Numbered from the stretch's first letter, positions 24,297 to 38,018 are shown. The stretch is DNA of 64,000 bases from Squalus acanthias (GCA_030390025.1 CM059438.1:62684001-62748000); one strand, 5' to 3'. Notes: a model not told the origin generated them from the sequence alone. Numbers and translations are program-made.

Positions 24297-24712
24297 GTTC
24301 ATCACCCCTGTGCTCACTGACTTACGTTGGCTCCTCAAATCACTCCATGGCCTCGCCCCTCCCTATCTCTGTAATCTCCTCCAGCCCCTACAACCCTCCG
24401 AGATCTCTGCGTTCCTCGAATTCCGGCCTCTTGCGCATCCCTGATTTTCATCGCCCCACCATTGGTGGCCGTGCCTTCAGCTGCCTAGGACCTAAGGTCT
24501 GGAATTCCCTCCCTAAACCTCTCTGCCTTTCTACCTCTCTCTCCTCCTTTAAGATGCTCCTTAAAACCTAACTCTTTGGTCACCTGTCCTAATATCTCTT
24601 TATGTGGCTCGGTGTCAACTTTTGTCTGGTAACGCTTCTGTGAAGCGCCTTGGGACATGTTCCACCACGTTAAAGGCGCTATATAAATGCAAGTTGTTGT
24701 TGTTGTTGTTGT
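24297..24712 (+). mobile_element. L2-clade LINE 3' fragment
   Basis: RSLRSSNSGLLRIP...GGRAFSCLGPKVWNSLP and tail aaggcgctatataaatgcaagttgttgtt. Confidence 0.85.
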
Positions 24713-24714
24713 TC

Positions 24715-25075
24715 TGGCCAGCAATGTCAAAATCCAGCCTTTTTTGAATGGCAAGGTTGTGAAGGGTACAGCAGGCGGGAACTATTTGTGACACATGATC
24801 TGGAGCCCCTCCTGACTTGTCCAAGTAGTGAAAGCTTGCTTTGAAGACCTTGATGGTTCTCTTGATGACCAATCTAGTAGAGGTACGTCTCTTGTAGCAC
24901 TGCTTCCCTGCCGCTGTTCGGGCAACCCTGAGTGCTGGGCCATTATCCATGGGAGTAGGAGGTAGGCTTTGTCACCCAGAAGGTCATTTGCTTCAAGGCT
25001 TCAGACTTTGTCCAAACAGGTCTTCCTGGTATCTAGAAGCATCACTCATGATATTGGTCTGGGGGAGGGATATCA
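24715..25075 (-). pseudogene. Decayed Harbinger transposase C-terminal remnant
   Basis: LLGDKAY... then TRLVIKRTIKVFKASFHYLDKSGGAPDHVSQIVPACCTLHNLAIQ, parallel to TRNIIERTIGVLKQRFRCLDHSGGALQYSPEQVSKFVVVCCMLHNMAI. Confidence 0.75.
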
Positions 25076-25079
25076 TAAG

Positions 25080-26018
25080 AGGTGACAAAGTAGCTGGTGG
25101 GAAAGCAAATGGTGTGGAGGACGCAAAGAATCTCCAAAGGGATATAGATAGGCTAAATGAGTGGGCAGGAATCTGGCAGATGGGGTATAATGTAGGAAAA
25201 TGCGAGGTTATCCACTTTGGTAGGAAAAATAAAAAAGCAAATTATTATTTAAATGGGGAGAGATTACAAAATGCTGAGGTAAAGAGGGATCTGGGGGTCC
25301 TTGTACATGAATCACAAGAAGTTAGCATGCAGGTACAGCAAGTAATTAGGAAGGCAAATGGAGTGTTGGCTTTTATTGCAAAGGGAATGGAGTATAAAAG
25401 TAGGGAAGTCCTGTTACAACTGTAGAGGGCACTGGTGAGACCACACCTGGAGTACTGTGTACAGTTTGGGTCTCCTTATTTAAGGAAGGATATACTTGCA
25501 TTGGAGGCAGTTCAGAGAAGGTTCACGAGGTTGATTCCGGAGATGAAGGGGTTGTCTTATGAAGACAGGTTGAGCAGGTTGGGCCTATACTCATTGGAGT
25601 TTAGAAGAATGAGAGGTGACCTTATTGAAACATATAAGATTCTGAAGGGGCTTGACAGGGTAGATGCAGAGAGGATGTTTCCCCTCATGGGGGAATCTAG
25701 AACTAGGGGGCATAATTTCAGAATAAGGGGGCATCCATTTAAAACGGAGATGAGGAGGAATTTCTTCTCTCAGAGGGCTGTGAATCTTTGGAATTCTCTT
25801 CCCCAGAGAGCTGTGGAGGCTGGGTCATTGAATATATATAAGGTGGAGATAGACAGATTTTTGAATGGTAAGGGAATCAAGGGTTATGGGGAACGGGCAG
25901 GGAAGTGGAGTTGAGGCCAAGATCAGATCAGCCATGATCTTATTGAATGGCGGAGCAGGCTCGTGGGACCAAATGACCTACTCCTGCTCCTACGTCTTAT
26001 GTTCTTATGTTCTTATGA
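25080..26018 (+). mobile_element. CR1 LINE 3' fragment (ORF2 with one stop)
   Basis: ORFs 24949-25425 and 25435-25914; (ttcttatg)n tail. Confidence 0.92.
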
Positions 26019-26941
26019 TAGTGTCCCAATTAATTTGCCAGTGAGATGCAAATAAGACCTTTGCTCTTGTGAAAAATGAAGCGTGTTGGGGGGGGAAGGG
26101 GAATTGTTTGCAATACAAGCTGTTCCCCACAGGGGTTAGCTGGAGCTCGTGACTTGTATATTTTAATTCCCAGAACCAAGGCTGTTTGAATTTGAGTGTC
26201 AGTCCTTTTGATATTCATAGAATCATAGAAAAAATTACGACACAGAGGGAGGCCATTCGGCCCATCGTGTCTGTGCCGTTCAGTTATATTTCTTTACACG
26301 TTTTATTGCTTCACATGATGGTGACTTGTCATCCTTCCCCGAGGGCAATGTCAGCGTTTTGTGCAGTCAGGAATTCCTCGGCACTGTCACATCATGTGGC
26401 CTGGATCACGGATCCTTGCACTGCACAGCTCAACAAAGGAATAATTATCACCCCCAGGGGTTGTGCAATGAAACAAAGATGAGACAAGCGCTCATGATTA
26501 AAATGAGCAGAGACTACATTAAAATCAATGGTGGGCGAGCAGTGGGGAGAAGGGGGGTTGTTTTGATAATAAAATATGATGATGGGGACTGAAGTTGTCC
26601 ATTTAAGGGGTTATCCTGAGCGCTGACCCTGACTGGGTTGTTGAAAGCTGGTTTAATGAAGTGACAAATCCTGACACTTGCTGCTCTGAACCCATTCACT
26701 GTGGCAATTACAAAGCACAGTCTTCATTCTGACAAGTCATTTCATATACAGCAGACCCTCAGGTAAAGCTCTCCAATATGACCTCGCAGTAGGTGAAGTT
26801 CGCTGACACACGCTTAAGGCACTCATATTACTTCCCTGTGCATGTTGCTTTTATACATACCCAAACGCCTGCATAAAAATAGCTCAAAATAAATCGAGTA
26901 CAAGTGCGATCAGCATTCAGAAGTGAACTTCAACGATGTAA

Positions 26942-27361
26942 GTGTCAGCCGTGGCTCAGCTGGTGTCACCCCCGCCTCTGATTCAGAAGGTCGTGGATTC
27001 AAGTCCCGCTTCAGAGACTCAAACACGAAATCTAGGCTGACACCCAGTCTTTCAGATGAGACATTAAACCGAGGCCCTGTCTGCCCTCTCAGGGGGACGT
27101 AAAAGATCCCAACGCCACTATTTCCAAAAGTTCTTCCCGGAGTCCTGGACAATATTTATCCCTCAACCAACATCACTAAAACAGATTTATCTGGTCGTTA
27201 TCACGTTGCTGTTTGTGGGACCTTGCTGTGCACAAATTGGCCGCTGTGTTTCCTACATTACAACAGTGAATACACTGCAAAAGTGCTTCTTTGGTTGTAA
27301 AGCGCACTGGGACATCCTGAGGTCATGAAAGGCGCTATAGAAAGGCAAGTCTTTCTTTCTT
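26942..27361 (+). mobile_element. Deu-domain tRNA-derived SINE
   Basis: gtgtcagccgtggctcag head, GATTCAAGTCC B box, Deu-like core, L2-like tail. Confidence 0.85.
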
Positions 27362-27839
27362 ATAAGTTATTCTAACCTGACATCTTGACTTGCGGTAAAT
27401 TTTATGATTTAACTCTCCTAATAGAGAGCTGAATGCGACGGTCGCGCAGCTCGAGAATGGAGATCAGTACTTCTGATTTGCGGCCCGCACAAATTTCCAG
27501 TAAATGCACATTGGTTATGACGTCGCCGACAATACACTCCGCATCACATGGGTACGGTTCCGCAGCAGTCCTTTAAAAAGTAACTGGACAAGTCCCTGAG
27601 CGAACAGGACATTTCCAATTATAGAAGATAAGTTGCTTGTTACCTGGGATCATGAGGAGTTATGGGCTACCACAGTCTCCAGGAGCTTGCATTCGGGAGT
27701 CACATAAGAATTTGCCAGACCTCTTCCTGAATTGTCCACAGGGTTTTTTTTTCTCTGTGCTTTTGCCTCTTCCAGGAGATTTTGTGGTTAGGGGATGGGT
27801 CAATGTTACAGGTAGTTGCACTGGTTCTAGAAGTGATTA

Positions 27840-29930
27840 CATAGGATATAGAGCACAGAAACAGGCCCAACCAGTCCATGCCGGCGTTTATGCTTCACTC
27901 GAGCCTCCTCCCGTCTTTCCTCATCTAAATCTATCAGCATAACCCTCTATTCCCTTCTCCCACATATGCTTGTCTAGCCTCCCCTTAAATGCACCTATAC
28001 TATTCGCTTCAACCACTCCCTATGGTAGCGAGTTCCACATTCTCACCACTCTTTGGGTAAAGAAGTTTCTTCTGAATTCCCTATTGAATTTCTTGCTGAC
28101 TATCTTATATTGATAGCCTCTAGTTATGCTCTTCCCCACAAGTGGAAACATTCTCTCTGTATCCACTCTATCAAAACCTTTCATAATTTTAAAGACCTCT
28201 ATTAGATCACCCCACAGCCTTCTTTTTTCAAGAGAAAAGAGACCCAGCCTGTTCATTCTTTCCTGATATGTATACCCTTGCATTTCTGGTATCATCCTTG
28301 TAAATCTTCTCTGCACCCTCTGCAGTGTCTCTATATCCTTTTTATAATATGGTGACCAGAATTGTACACAGTACTCCAAGTGTGGTCTAACCAAGGTTCG
28401 ATACAGGTTTAGCATAACTTCACTACTTTTCAATTCTATCTCTCTAGAAATAAACCCTAGTGCTTGCTTTGCTTTTTTTATGGCCTTGTTAACCTGTGTC
28501 GCTACTTTTAGTGATTTGTATATTTGTACTCCGAGATCCCTTTGCTCCTCTACCCCACCCAGACTCGCACCCTCCAAGCACCTCCCTATTCTTCCTACCA
28601 AAATGTAATACCTCACATTTATCTGTGTTGAAATTCATTTGCCAATTATATGCCCATTCTGCAAGTTTATTAATGTCCTCCTGTAATTTGTTGCAGTCCT
28701 CCTCAGTATTGGTTATCCCCCCCGCCCCCCCCGCCCCCCAACTTGGTGTCATCTGCAAATTTAGAAATTGTGTTTTTGATTCCAAAGTCTAAATCATTAA
28801 TATAAATTGTGAACAACAGTGGTCCCAGCACTGATCCTTGTGGAACACCACTTCCCACCTTCTGCCACTGTGAATAGCTAGCCTTTACCCCTACTCTCTG
28901 CTTTCTGTCTTGAAGCCAGCTAGCTATCCATTCTGCTACTTGTCCCCTGACTCTGCATTCTCTGACCTTGTTCATTAGTCTATTATGTGGTACCTTATCG
29001 AAGGCCTTTTGAAAATCTAGATAAGTTACATCTACTACATTACCCTTGTCTACTCTCTCTGTTACCTCTTCAAAAAATTCAGTGAGGTTGGTCAAGCAAG
29101 ACTTTCCCTTTTGAAATCCATGCTGACTTTTCATTATTATATTTTTGGTTTCTAGATGTTCTTCTATTTTCTCCTTTAGTAGGGATTCCATTATTTTTCC
29201 CACCGCCAATGTTAAGCTGACTGGTCTATAGTTCTCTGAACATGTCCTATCTCCTTTCTTAAATATAGATATTACATTAGCTATCCGCCAGTCCTCTGGC
29301 ACTACACCTTTTTCGAACAAATTATGAAATATGTGTAGTAATGCATCTGCTATCTCTTCCCTAGATTCTTTTAAAATGCGTGGAAGTAATCCGTCTAGAC
29401 CAGGGGTTTTATCCTCTTTGAGTTTGATTAGTTTATTTAATATATCTCCTCTTTTTATTTTAAATGCAGCTATCTCATTATTAATCTCTTCGTCCACCTG
29501 TTCTATCTCCCTGGTAAATACTGAAGCAAAGTAATTATTTAATATCGCTGCCATCTCTCTATCGTTGCCTATGGTATTATCCTGTCCATCCCTTAGTGGC
29601 CCTATTCCCATCCCGACCTTCCTTTTTTTATTCATGTGCCTGTAAAATATTTTACTATTTTGTTTTATGTTCCTTGATAATTTAATTTCATAGTTCCTCT
29701 TTGCCTTCCTAATTGTTTTTTTGACTCTCTCCTAATCTTCCTTATCATGCTCTCCCCTGCTGTCCATGTACTTAATGTATGCCTCTTTCCTTACTCTCAA
29801 TTTTTCCCTTATGGCTTTATTCATCCATGGTGTCTCATTAGTGTTTAGTTTGTTCTTTTTTTTAGCGGAATATATTTTTCCTGGACTCTGTTGAACACCG
29901 TTTTAAATGTTTCCCATTGCTGTTCTGTGC
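27840..29930 (-). mobile_element. CR1 LINE, 5'-truncated, RT domain frameshifted
   Basis: ORF 28703-29635 ([38 protein letters not shown]) and ORF 28020-28616. Confidence 0.92.
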
Positions 29931-30379
29931 TGGTCTATGGGTAGGATTGATGGACCTGATGGTCTTTTCTCACCCTTCTTTTCGTACGTTCCTGAGTTTT
30001 TAAGCACCTCTTCAATTATTACATCTTTTTCTATTAAATTGATACCTTAATTAAAGTCAATGGGAATAAAAAGCAGGAAAGATGCAAAACAGGCTGTCGA
30101 CTCGCTGTCACCCGTTTTACACTGTCGCTCAAAGTCAAGATCTATGCCAGTGAAATTCCAGCTACTAAAGATATCTTGGCCAACCGTGATAACTTTACCT
30201 GCTTCAAAAAGAATGGTAGAGCACTGACACTGCTTGGAGGGCAGGTGTCAATCATCTGTCCATAAATTAAGTTTCATCCAGCAAGAAGTTCAAGTTGTTG
30301 GACCATATAATAAGTTGGAAGGGCTTCAAACCACAAACAGAAAAGTTGATATCATCCAAAATGAGCATTTACCAAATGA

Positions 30380-31370
30380 ACAACAACAACAACTTGCATT
30401 TATATAGCACCTTTAATGTCCATAGAGCATTTCAAGGAAGTGTTAGCAAACAAAATTTGACACCGAGCCACATAAAGAGATATTAGGGCAGGTGACCTCA
30501 AGCTTGGTCAAAGAGATAGGCCGTAAGGAACGTCTTAAAGGAGGCAAGACAGGCGGAGAGGTTTAGAGAGGGAATTCCAGAACTTAGGGCCTAGGCACAG
30601 GTGACACGGCCGCCAATGGTGGAGCGAAGGAAATCGGGCATGCACAAGAGGCCAGAATTGGAGGAGAGCAGAGTTCTCGGAGGGTTGTAGGCTTGAGAAA
30701 GTTACAGAGACAGGGAGGGGCGAGGCCGTGGAGGGAGTTGAACTCGGAGAATAAGAATTTTAAAATCGAGGCGTTGCCAGATCGAGAGCCAATGTAGGTC
30801 AGCAAGCAGAAGGGTGATGGGTGAACGGGACTTAGGTTACGGGCAGCAGAGTTTTGGATGACCTCAAGTTTACTGAGGGTGCAAGGTGGGAGGCCGGCCA
30901 GGAGAATAGTTGTGTCTAAAGTTAGCAAAAGGCATGGATGAGGGTTTCAGCAGCAGACGAGCTGAGGCGGGGTGGAGATGGGTGATGTTACAGAGGTGGA
31001 AGTAGCAGTCTTGGTGATGGAGATTGACGTAAGAAACTACTAGGCACTTGGTCTGAGCGTTAAACAAAGCTTTAATCAACTGTTTTTCAACATGGAGATC
31101 TAGTTGTGTCCTTCACTAGTTCCTGTTGAGGAATGTCCTAAGCAAGCTGGGCCCATGCCCGAGTATTTATACTCTCCCTGGACAGCGCCACCAGCAGGCC
31201 GCCCAGTATTACTTCATACATGAATGACAAGATTCATGTCAGAGATGACATGGGGTCGGAAGCTCAGCACAGGGTCAAATAGGATGGCAAGGTTGCGAAC
31301 AGTCTGGTTCAACCTCAGACAGTTGCCAGGGAGAGAGATGGAGTTTGTGGTGGGGACTGATGGAACCTAG
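30380..31370 (-). mobile_element. L2-clade LINE 3' fragment interrupted by a solo LTR
   Basis: LLAGLPPCTLSKLEVIQNSAAR motif on minus strand; (caa)n tail with ttgcatttatatagc at 30380; 5' boundary approximate. Confidence 0.8.
31025..31241 (-). mobile_element. Short solo LTR (217 bp), same family as 2170-2398
   Basis: TGAC...GTCA termini; 5-bp TSD GAGAT (31020-31024 / 31242-31246). Confidence 0.85.
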
Positions 31371-31399
31371 CCAGTTCCTGTGGTTGTATAGCTTCGACA

Positions 31400-32180
31400 G
31401 GAAGCTTATGAGAGGCTTTTCTGGATTTTCAGCACCATTATCCAATTTCCAGAAGAATGAGTTCCAGGTCTTGGACACCCTTAAGGTAAAGGTCGTTAAA
31501 GTTGCCTGACCCATTTATGGCCACCAGTGATGCATTGAAAGTGGATGTGGGTTTTGTTTTGGAGCACTTGAATGCTGGTGGCCCATCCGGTGGCATTTGG
31601 AATCGAACCCGAAAATTGCTTGCAAAATGAGCCACTTGGCTCTTGAACAGGAATATGTGTCGGTAGTGGAAGCTCTGAAAGTTTAACCACCCTTATTTGT
31701 CAATTAGACTCTTACAATTGACACGGGTCATTGAGCACGGCAAAGACTATTAATCAAATACAGCCAAGACATCTCTGCAGATAGATCCAGAAATAATCAA
31801 GGGTCTAGATTCACAGTCGATCGTGAGCCTGAATTGGAAAATATTGTAGCAGATGCTCTGTGCTATTTTGTAATGAAAATTTGCAGGAGCGAATGAAGAA
31901 TCCAGATTTATCAAAGACTAGAGTCCAATTGGCTGAAGGACACCTAAACTGAGTAGATACACAACCCTTAAGGATCAAGTATAGATCTAAAGACCAAACA
32001 CCCGAGATTATACAATACACTGCTGAAACTGTATTATGACAATCCCATTAATGGCCACTTGGGCAGTGAAAGCTACTAGTGTCTAAACAAGAATTTGTCA
32101 GGTTAGGCACGAAAGATGATGCTGACAATTGAATTTCATTTTATTCATGCTCTGTGTGTCAAGAATACAAACCATTGGAC
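31400..32180 (+). pseudogene. Decayed Ty3/Gypsy pol remnant (RNase H to integrase zinc finger)
   Basis: Fragments in order PFMATSDALKVDVGFVLE, HPVAFG, LTIDTGH, ENIVADAL, LKLYYDNPINGHLG, CSVCQEYKP parallel the Gypsy motifs TDAS..GAVL, PVAF.SR, TDH, N.VADALSR, H...GH.G and C..C. Confidence 0.75.
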
Positions 32181-32438
32181 ACAACTAAATCATCGTAATG
32201 AAACTAATGGTGAAGTAATGACACCAGAGTGAGGAATAGTGCGGCTCACCCAGCTCATGCCGACAGTGGGCAACATTGTAATGAAATACTACTGTGACCA
32301 AAATGGGGTGGGTGGTGATGTTCATAGTTTATGGGTTCTTTCTCTGTAATGTTTCCTAATTTAAAAACTGTGGTTTTTTCCTAAAGAGATACCACTCTCA
32401 AAGTGGCTCTGGGTCTTTTGGGTCTGTGTGAATTAAAT

Positions 32439-32648
32439 GTGAGAAGTCGCACAACACCAGGTTATAGTCCAACAGTTTTATTTGAAATCACAAGCTTTCG
32501 GAGCTGCTGCCCCTTCGTCACTTCACCTGACGAAGGGGCAGCAGCTCCGAAAGCTTGTGATTTCAAATAAAACTGTTGGACTATAACCTGGTGTTGTGTG
32601 ACTTCTCACTTTTGGCCACCCCAGTCCAACACCGGCATCTCCGCATCA
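32439..32648 (+). mobile_element. Penelope-like family A short palindromic insertion
   Basis: Inverted arms; plus-strand hammerhead core intact; TSD TGAATTAAAT / TGAATTATAT. Confidence 0.85.
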
Positions 32649-33026
32649 TGAATTATATCAGGAAGACGTTGGCCAAGCCAGTTCTGTATATTTCCCCCCC
32701 GAACACGTAGATCCGTTAATGATTGCTGAACTCGCACGAGAAACGATTGATGCGCATTACTGGGCTATTAAACAATAACATAATCTAATTAGGATGGTCT
32801 CAGTATAAATAGCACTTGGCCAGGCACCACAGGTAGCCTCTGACATGCATTATGTATGTTGCAGAACTTGCTATTCATTGTTAATGGTGTCTCTGTCTTG
32901 CAGATTGTCCCACTTCAGTTCACAGAAGATAAAGATGTTCTCAGTGGGAGCTGACCTTTATATTGGGCACAAGGAAAACATATCTGGAGAAGCCTGAATC
33001 AGTAGCTGCATTGTCTACCACATAGT

Positions 33027-33318
33027 GGGCAACACGGTGGCATAGTGCCAGGGACCCGGGTTCGAATCCGGCCTCGGGTGACTATCTGTGTGGAGTTTGC
33101 ACATTCTCCCCGTGTCTGCGTGGGTTTGCTCCGGTTTCCTCCCACAGTCCAAAGATGTGCGGGTTAGGTTTGATTTGGCTATGATAAATTGACCCTTAGT
33201 GTTAGGGGGGGATTAAATACGTGGGGTTACAGGGATAGGGTGGGATATGTGTCGGTGCAGGCTTGATGGGCCGAAATGGCCTCTATCTGCACTGTGGGGA
33301 TTCTGTGATTCTGTGATA
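33027..33318 (+). mobile_element. V-SINE (HE1-like)
   Basis: tRNA head with GGTTCGAATCC B box, V-domain ctgtgtggagtttgcacattctccccgtgtctgcgtgggttt...ccggtttcctccca, CR1-like 3' tail. Confidence 0.85.
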
Positions 33319-33405
33319 TTACTGTATATCTTAAATTATATTTAAAATCAGAGCTAGGCTATTCAGGAGCAAAATTAGGTAGCACTTTTTCACACAAAGG
33401 GCAGT

Positions 33406-33870
33406 AAAAGAAAGACTTGCATTTATATAGCGCCTTTCACGACAACTGGATGTCCCAAAGCGCTTTACAGCCAATGAAGTACTTTTTTGAAGTGTAGTCA
33501 CTGTTGTAATGTAGGAAACGTGGCAGCCAATTTGCGCACAGCAAGCTCCCACAAACAGCAATGTGATAATGACCGGATAATCTGTTTTTTTTTAAGATGT
33601 TGATTGAGGGATAAATGTTGGCCCGGACATCGGGGATAACTCCCCTGCTCCTCTTCGAAATAGTGCCATCGGATCTTTTACATCTACCTGAGAGAGCAGA
33701 CGGGGCCTCGGTTTAACGTCTCATCTGAAAGACGGCACCTCCGACAGTGCAGCACTCCCTCAGCACTGCACTGGAGTGTCAGCCTAGATTTTTGTGCTCA
33801 GGTCTCTGGAGCGGGACTTGAACCCACAACCTTCTGACTCAGAGGCGAGAGTGCTGCCAACTGAGCCACA
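33406..33870 (-). mobile_element. Deu-domain SINE inserted in a CR1 3' fragment (about 33340-34080, +)
   Basis: Full SINE structure; the CR1 motif FFTQRAV...LPQKAV is split across the insertion. Confidence 0.85.
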
Positions 33871-34141
33871 GAAATTTAGCACTCTTTTTCCTCAAAAGGC
33901 TGTAGATGCTGGGACAATTGGAGCGTTCAAGACTGCGATCGATAGATTTTTGTTGGGTAAGGGTAGCAAGGAATTTGGAGCAAAGGCGGGAAAATGGAGT
34001 TGCGGTACAGATCAGTCATGATCTAATTGAATGGTGGAGCAGGCCTGAGGGGCTGAATGGCCTCTCCCGTTCCTAATTTCCGATGTTATTGTGAGAGTCA
34101 ACCCATCTGGAATTGCTTAGTGTCAATTAAGTATAGACAAT

Positions 34142-34868
34142 GGGCTGGATTTTGATACTGGGGCGGGTTGGGGTCGTGTTATCCACTTTTCGTGTTATCC
34201 ACCCGACTGCATTTGGATGTGGGAGATTGATGCAATTTTTACCTAATTGGGCAATTGAGTTCCAGCATGTGGGAACCCATGAACCAATTAGTGGTTTGAG
34301 TCTGAAAGTCGCCTCTGATGATGTCATCATTGCTGCTGCATTGAAGGGCTTCAGAGACTGCCTGGCTTTTGCTGTGAGAGGACCTGGATATATATATATC
34401 AGAGAGAGAGAGAGAGAGAGAGAGTCCTCTCACAGCAAAGGCCAGGCAGTCTCTGAAGACCTTCAATGCAGCAGCATCAGAGGCGACTTTCAGACCTAAT
34501 ACTATTACTACCTTCATCACATCTCCGTTGTAATAGTGGACCTGCAGCTGATAGTCAGCTATCCACTTGTGCTCCCGCCAGTTTTCACAGGCATGTTTCA
34601 GATCAGGCGTGCTTCACGTGGGAAAAGGGTTAAACTAGCTAAAACATTTCAAAATGCCATTACAGAGCCAATTTAGGGCTTGTTAAGGGCTTTAATGGCC
34701 TCTCCCGCCTCTTGGAGGCAGGACGGAGACGGGACCACCGCACACGATTTCATCAAAATTGTGTGGTGGCGGAATGGAGGCGGGATCAGGTCCGCCCGCC
34801 ACATTTCGCAATTTTAACCCCCCACACACCTCCAAACCTGCCTCCACGGGTCTATGAAAATCCAGCCC
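34142..34868. mobile_element. MITE family M2 copy 2
   Basis: TIR GGGCTGGATTTT / AAAATCCAGCCC; flanks AAT/AAA; interior homologous to 14051-14844 including the (GA)n tract. Confidence 0.88.
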
Positions 34869-35019
34869 AAAGGTTTGAACTAGCCATGGAATCTTCACGC
34901 TTCAGGTACATCTGATGTTAACATACCTAAAGGTTGTGCTTTTGTAATATAAACTAATCGAGTGATCAAAGGTTCAAAAGGCAATAACACTTACGTGATG
35001 CTTTTTTCTGAAATATCAC

Positions 35020-35619
35020 CACCAAAGCCTTTGTTACCTCTAGACTTAACTATTCCAACGCTCTCCTGGCTGGCCTCCCACGTTCCACCCTCGGTAAACT
35101 TGAAATCATCCAAAACGCAGCTGCCCATGTCCTAACTCGCACCAAGTCCTGTTCACCCATCACTCCTGTGCTCGCTGACCTACATTGGCTCCCCGTTAAG
35201 CAGTGCCTCAATTTCAAAATTCTCATCCTTGTTTTCAAATCCCTCCACGGCCTCGCTCCTCCCTATCTCTGTAATCTCCTTTAGCCCCACAACCCCCCGA
35301 GATATCTGCGCTCCTCTAATTCTGGCCTCTTGAGCAGCCCTGATTATAATCGCTCAACCTTTGGTGGCCGTGCCTTCTGTTGTCTAGGCCCGAAGCTCTG
35401 GAATTCCCTGCCTAAACCTCTCCGTCTCGCTATCTCTCTCTCCTCCTTTAAGACGCTCCTTAAAACCTACCTCTTTGACCAAGCTTTTGGTCACCTGCCC
35501 TAATTTATCCTTATGTGGCTCGGTGTCAAATTTTTTGTCTTAAAATACTCCTGTGCAGCGCCTTGGGACTTTTTACTACGTTAAAGGCGCTATATAAGTA
35601 CAAGTTGTTGTTGTTGTTG
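35020..35619 (+). mobile_element. L2-clade LINE 3' fragment
   Basis: SRLNYSNALLAGLP...IQNAAA...PITPVLADLHWLPV; (gtt)n tail. Confidence 0.88.
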
Positions 35620-36257
35620 AATGTGTATCCATTGTTCTTCATCACCAAATTAGAATGGCCTGGCATCCAAAAGTCAAGGACATGCCCTGTGTAAAAATCT
35701 ATTCCGTAGCAAGCCCAATGGAGTTACCCTATAGGTCTGACCTGAAAAGCATAGCAATTCCCCAGCATGTAACAAACGTTTGTTCCTTTCAGTTGGCAGC
35801 TTTGGCAAGCTTTGAATAGTAATAGATAACTCGCTCAAATGACTTATTGAGAATGTGCCAGTTCTTTCTAAATTGCAACTATTAAAACCCGCCCCAGATA
35901 AGCATGCGCCTAATCTAAGCTGTAGGAAATACTTCATTATAAGGATCAGCTTCAAATGATCATGATGCAAGGCCAGGCGGTACTTACAGCTGAGTGAAGT
36001 CGTTCAATCAGACAAGGGAAAGAAGCAAGTCTTCTCTATTCAAATCACGGGTCGGGTTTATCGTGTTACATTCTTTATAGCTGCACCAATACAAAAGTAA
36101 GAGTTTTAAAAGTTAATTGTAGTTCTAATTTTAGTATGTTTTATATAGTTCACTTGACCCTCAATGAAACGTATGTTTCTTCAGATTGCCTGAAGCAAAC
36201 TTTGCGAATCTTGTGAAGTCTGCAGATTTGCTGAAGGTGTCTTATATGTCAAAGTAT

Positions 36258-36690
36258 TTGCATTTATATAGCACCTCTCCCATCCTTAGGGAATCACAAA
36301 GCACATCACAGCTAATTCATTATCTTGAAGCGTAGTCACTGTTGTAATGTAGGAAATGTGACAGCCAATTTGCACACAGCAAGGTCCCACAAACAGCAAT
36401 CACATAATGACCAGATCATTTGTTTTTGTGATGTTGGTTGTGGGATAAATATTGACCAGGACATCAGGAGAACTCCCCTGCTCTTCTTCAAATGCCACCA
36501 TGGAAATTTTGCATCCATCTAAAGAGTCAGATAGGATTTCAGTTTAATATCGCATCTGAAAAAATGTGGGTATTCCCTCAGCCCTGCACTAGAGTGGCCA
36601 TCTAGATTTTATACTCAGGTACCTGGCTTTGGGCTTGATCCTACAACCTTGTGATTCAGAAGGAAAAATGCTGCCATTGAGCCAAGCTGA
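36258..36690 (-). mobile_element. Diverged Deu-domain SINE
   Basis: Same organisation as 17500-17974 with more substitutions. Confidence 0.75.
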
Positions 36691-37149
36691 ATTATTGCTT
36701 AAAGTCTATGGTTATGAAAGCATATGATGGCTTTTGTAGAACACTATAGCAAGGTAATGAAAAGCAAGTCTTGTTTCTTTACTTGTCCCATTTTACCATC
36801 CCCTTTTGCCTTGCACCATCATCCCTTTTGTCATTTAATCACTCCTGCCTTTCACCCTATCACAGACCTTCCCTTTGTTCTTTCCTCCTCCCTCCCCCCT
36901 TTCCCTGCCTCTGTACTTGCTTAAAACCTGTTATATCTCTAACTTCTTCCAGTCCTGATGAAAGGTCATCAACCTGAAACGTTAACTCTGCTTCTCTCTC
37001 TTGACCTGCTGAGTGTTTCCAGCATTTTCTGTTTTTATTAATGCTGAATAAAAGGCCAGTTGAGGAAGTCTCGCCTGAAAAATCAAGATCCCAACCTGGT
37101 ATACCCGGGATCCACTGTTCAATTTGTGGACGCTCATTCGGAAGATAGG

Positions 37150-38018
37150 ACGATAGGAACAGGAGGAGGCCATTCAGCCCCGTGAGCCTGTTCCGTTATT
37201 CAATTGGACCATCTTAACTGTATCTTAACTCCATCTACCTGCCTTGGTTCCATAACTCTTAATACTCTTGCCTAACAAAAACCTATCAATCTCAGTTTTG
37301 AAATTTTCAATGAACCCCCAGCCTCAACAGCTTTTTTGGGGGAGAGAGTTCCAGATTTCCACTACCCTTTATGTGAAGAAATGTTTCATGACATCACCCC
37401 TGAACGGCCTAGCTCTAATTTTAGGGTATGCCCCCTTGTTCTGACCTCCCCCACCAGAGGAAATAGTTTCTCTCTATCTACCCTATCAACTCCTTTAATC
37501 ATCTTAAACACCTTAATTAGATCACTCCTTAATCTTCTGTACTCAAGTGAGAAGTCGCACAACACCAGGTTATAGTCCAACAGTTTTATTTGAAATCACA
37601 AGCTTTCGGAGCTGCTGCCCCTTCACCTGACGAAGGGGCAGCAGCTCCGAAAGCTTGTGATTTCAAGTAAAACTGTTGGACTATAACCTGGTGTTGTGCG
37701 ACTTCTCACTTTTGTCCACCCCAGTCCAACACCGGCATCTCCGCATTCTGTACTCAAGGGAATGCAAGGCTAGTGTATGCACTTGTCCTCATAATGTAAT
37801 CCTTTTAGCTCCGGTATCATTCTGGTGAATCTGCGCTGCACCCTCTCCAAGGCCAATATATCCTTCCTGAGGTGTGGTGCCCAGAACTGAACGCAATGCT
37901 CCAGATAGGATCTAACCAGAGCTTTATACAACTGCAGCATAACTTCCACCGCTTTGTATTCCAGTCCCCTTGAGATAAAGGCCAACATTCCATCAGCCTT
38001 TTTAATTATTTTTTGCAC
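37150..38018 (-). mobile_element. CR1 LINE 3' fragment with nested Penelope-like insertion
   Basis: ORF 37770-38048 MLAFISRGLEYK...RRFTRMIP and ORF 37386-37580. Confidence 0.88.
37548..37745 (+). mobile_element. Penelope-like family A short palindromic insertion
   Basis: 13-bp TSD TTCTGTACTCAAG (37535-37547 / 37746-37758); plus-strand hammerhead core intact. Confidence 0.88.

Noticed and set aside
27420..27620. CpG-rich patch with CCAAT and CRE-like motifs as a host promoter
   Set aside because: Short, with no linked exon or ORF; cannot be told apart from a decayed transposon end.
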